DNA of 64,000 nt from Eledone cirrhosa (lineage: Eukaryota): positions 225,308,001 to 225,372,000 of the forward strand of contig OZ024743.1 in assembly GCA_964016885.1 (NCBI GenBank), in the 5' to 3' direction. The notes below the pieces were generated by a model that searched no databases, was not told the origin of the DNA, and worked only from the letters and a program-made list of their open reading frames with translations. A program made the position numbers and the translations under genes. Positions 63,285-64,000 of the stretch are shown piece by piece; position 1 is the first letter of the stretch; the number at the start of each line of letters is the position of its first letter.

Positions 63285-64000
63285 TTAATTATTAATTATA
63301 ATATTAATTATTAATTATAATAATAATATAATTATAATATTGATTATTAATTATAATAATAATAAACAATTTAACTTAAACACTAAACTAAAAAAAAAAA
63401 TAGAACTAGAAATATTATTTGGTACTCTCCCCCATTCTTAGCGTTAAAACATCTTTAGCAAAGCTATTTTTTAAAGCACTAGATAAATGTTTTCCTAAAG
63501 CCCACAGATACCACTCTATTTTTAACAGACACACTATAAAACTATCCTACTCTATTAAATTAAAATTAAAATTTTTTTTAAATGATCTTCCTTCTTAATT
63601 TTTTTATATTAATACTATTTTTACCATTTGACATTAATTTTTAAATATTTTTTTTACTATTTTTACCATTTGACATTAATTTTTTAATTTTTTAATATTT
63701 TTTTTACTATTTTTACCATTTGACATTATTTTCTTAATGATACCCCTCTAAATATATTTTTTTAGATGTAGATTGATAATCTTTAATTGACATTCTGAAA
63801 GTTTATCCTCTTTAAGATAGTTCTTCGAAATGCACATTACTTTTTTCCTCTTCTTTGGTCTTCAAACTTTCACACATCTTTCAGCTAAAATAATATATAA
63901 TTGAAATTAATCTCACACAAAATAATATATAATTTTCTCTATATATTTTCTGAGTAAATCATTCATCAAATTTAACGGTTAACAAACAAGATTAGAGTGA

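Larger units (their letters stand above)
60140..64000 (-). mobile_element. AT-rich Naiad-type Penelope-like element with inverted 5' copy running off the window end
   Basis: RT 62334-63147 (MDIANYYSSI, TMGSSDSAQV, GLYRDD), CNCRIKSNCPLQNNC, LIYKC..FKERW, CNLC..EE, CKH; 63148-64000 is inverted sequence. Confidence 0.9.

Overview
AT-rich eukaryotic genomic DNA, almost entirely transposable elements and long (TA/TACA)n microsatellites. The repeat types point to a coleoid cephalopod (octopus-like); this is an inference. No bacterial-type genes, rRNA, tRNA genes or CRISPR arrays are supported. Contents: (1) four Penelope-like retroelements (RT + GIY-YIG), three with the Naiad-type CxCx5Cx5C linker. 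All four carry an inverted fold-back at their 5' junction, and each has a hammerhead-ribozyme-like motif in its 3' UTR/pLTR, two convincing and two degraded. (2) Several RTE LINEs with a PHD-type finger inserted inside the RT; one copy is a single frameshift from intact. (3) A BovB-like RTE ending in three C2H2 fingers, plus a bipartite non-autonomous derivative. (4) A two-ORF Tx1/L1-clade LINE embedded in (TATC)n. (5) A decayed R4/Dong-like element, tRNA-derived SINEs, piggyBac/hAT/Tc1-pogo MITEs and a ~41-bp minisatellite. Three phase-compatible minus-strand exon candidates suggest part of the window is intronic to an unidentified host gene. Element boundaries were read by eye and are approximate.
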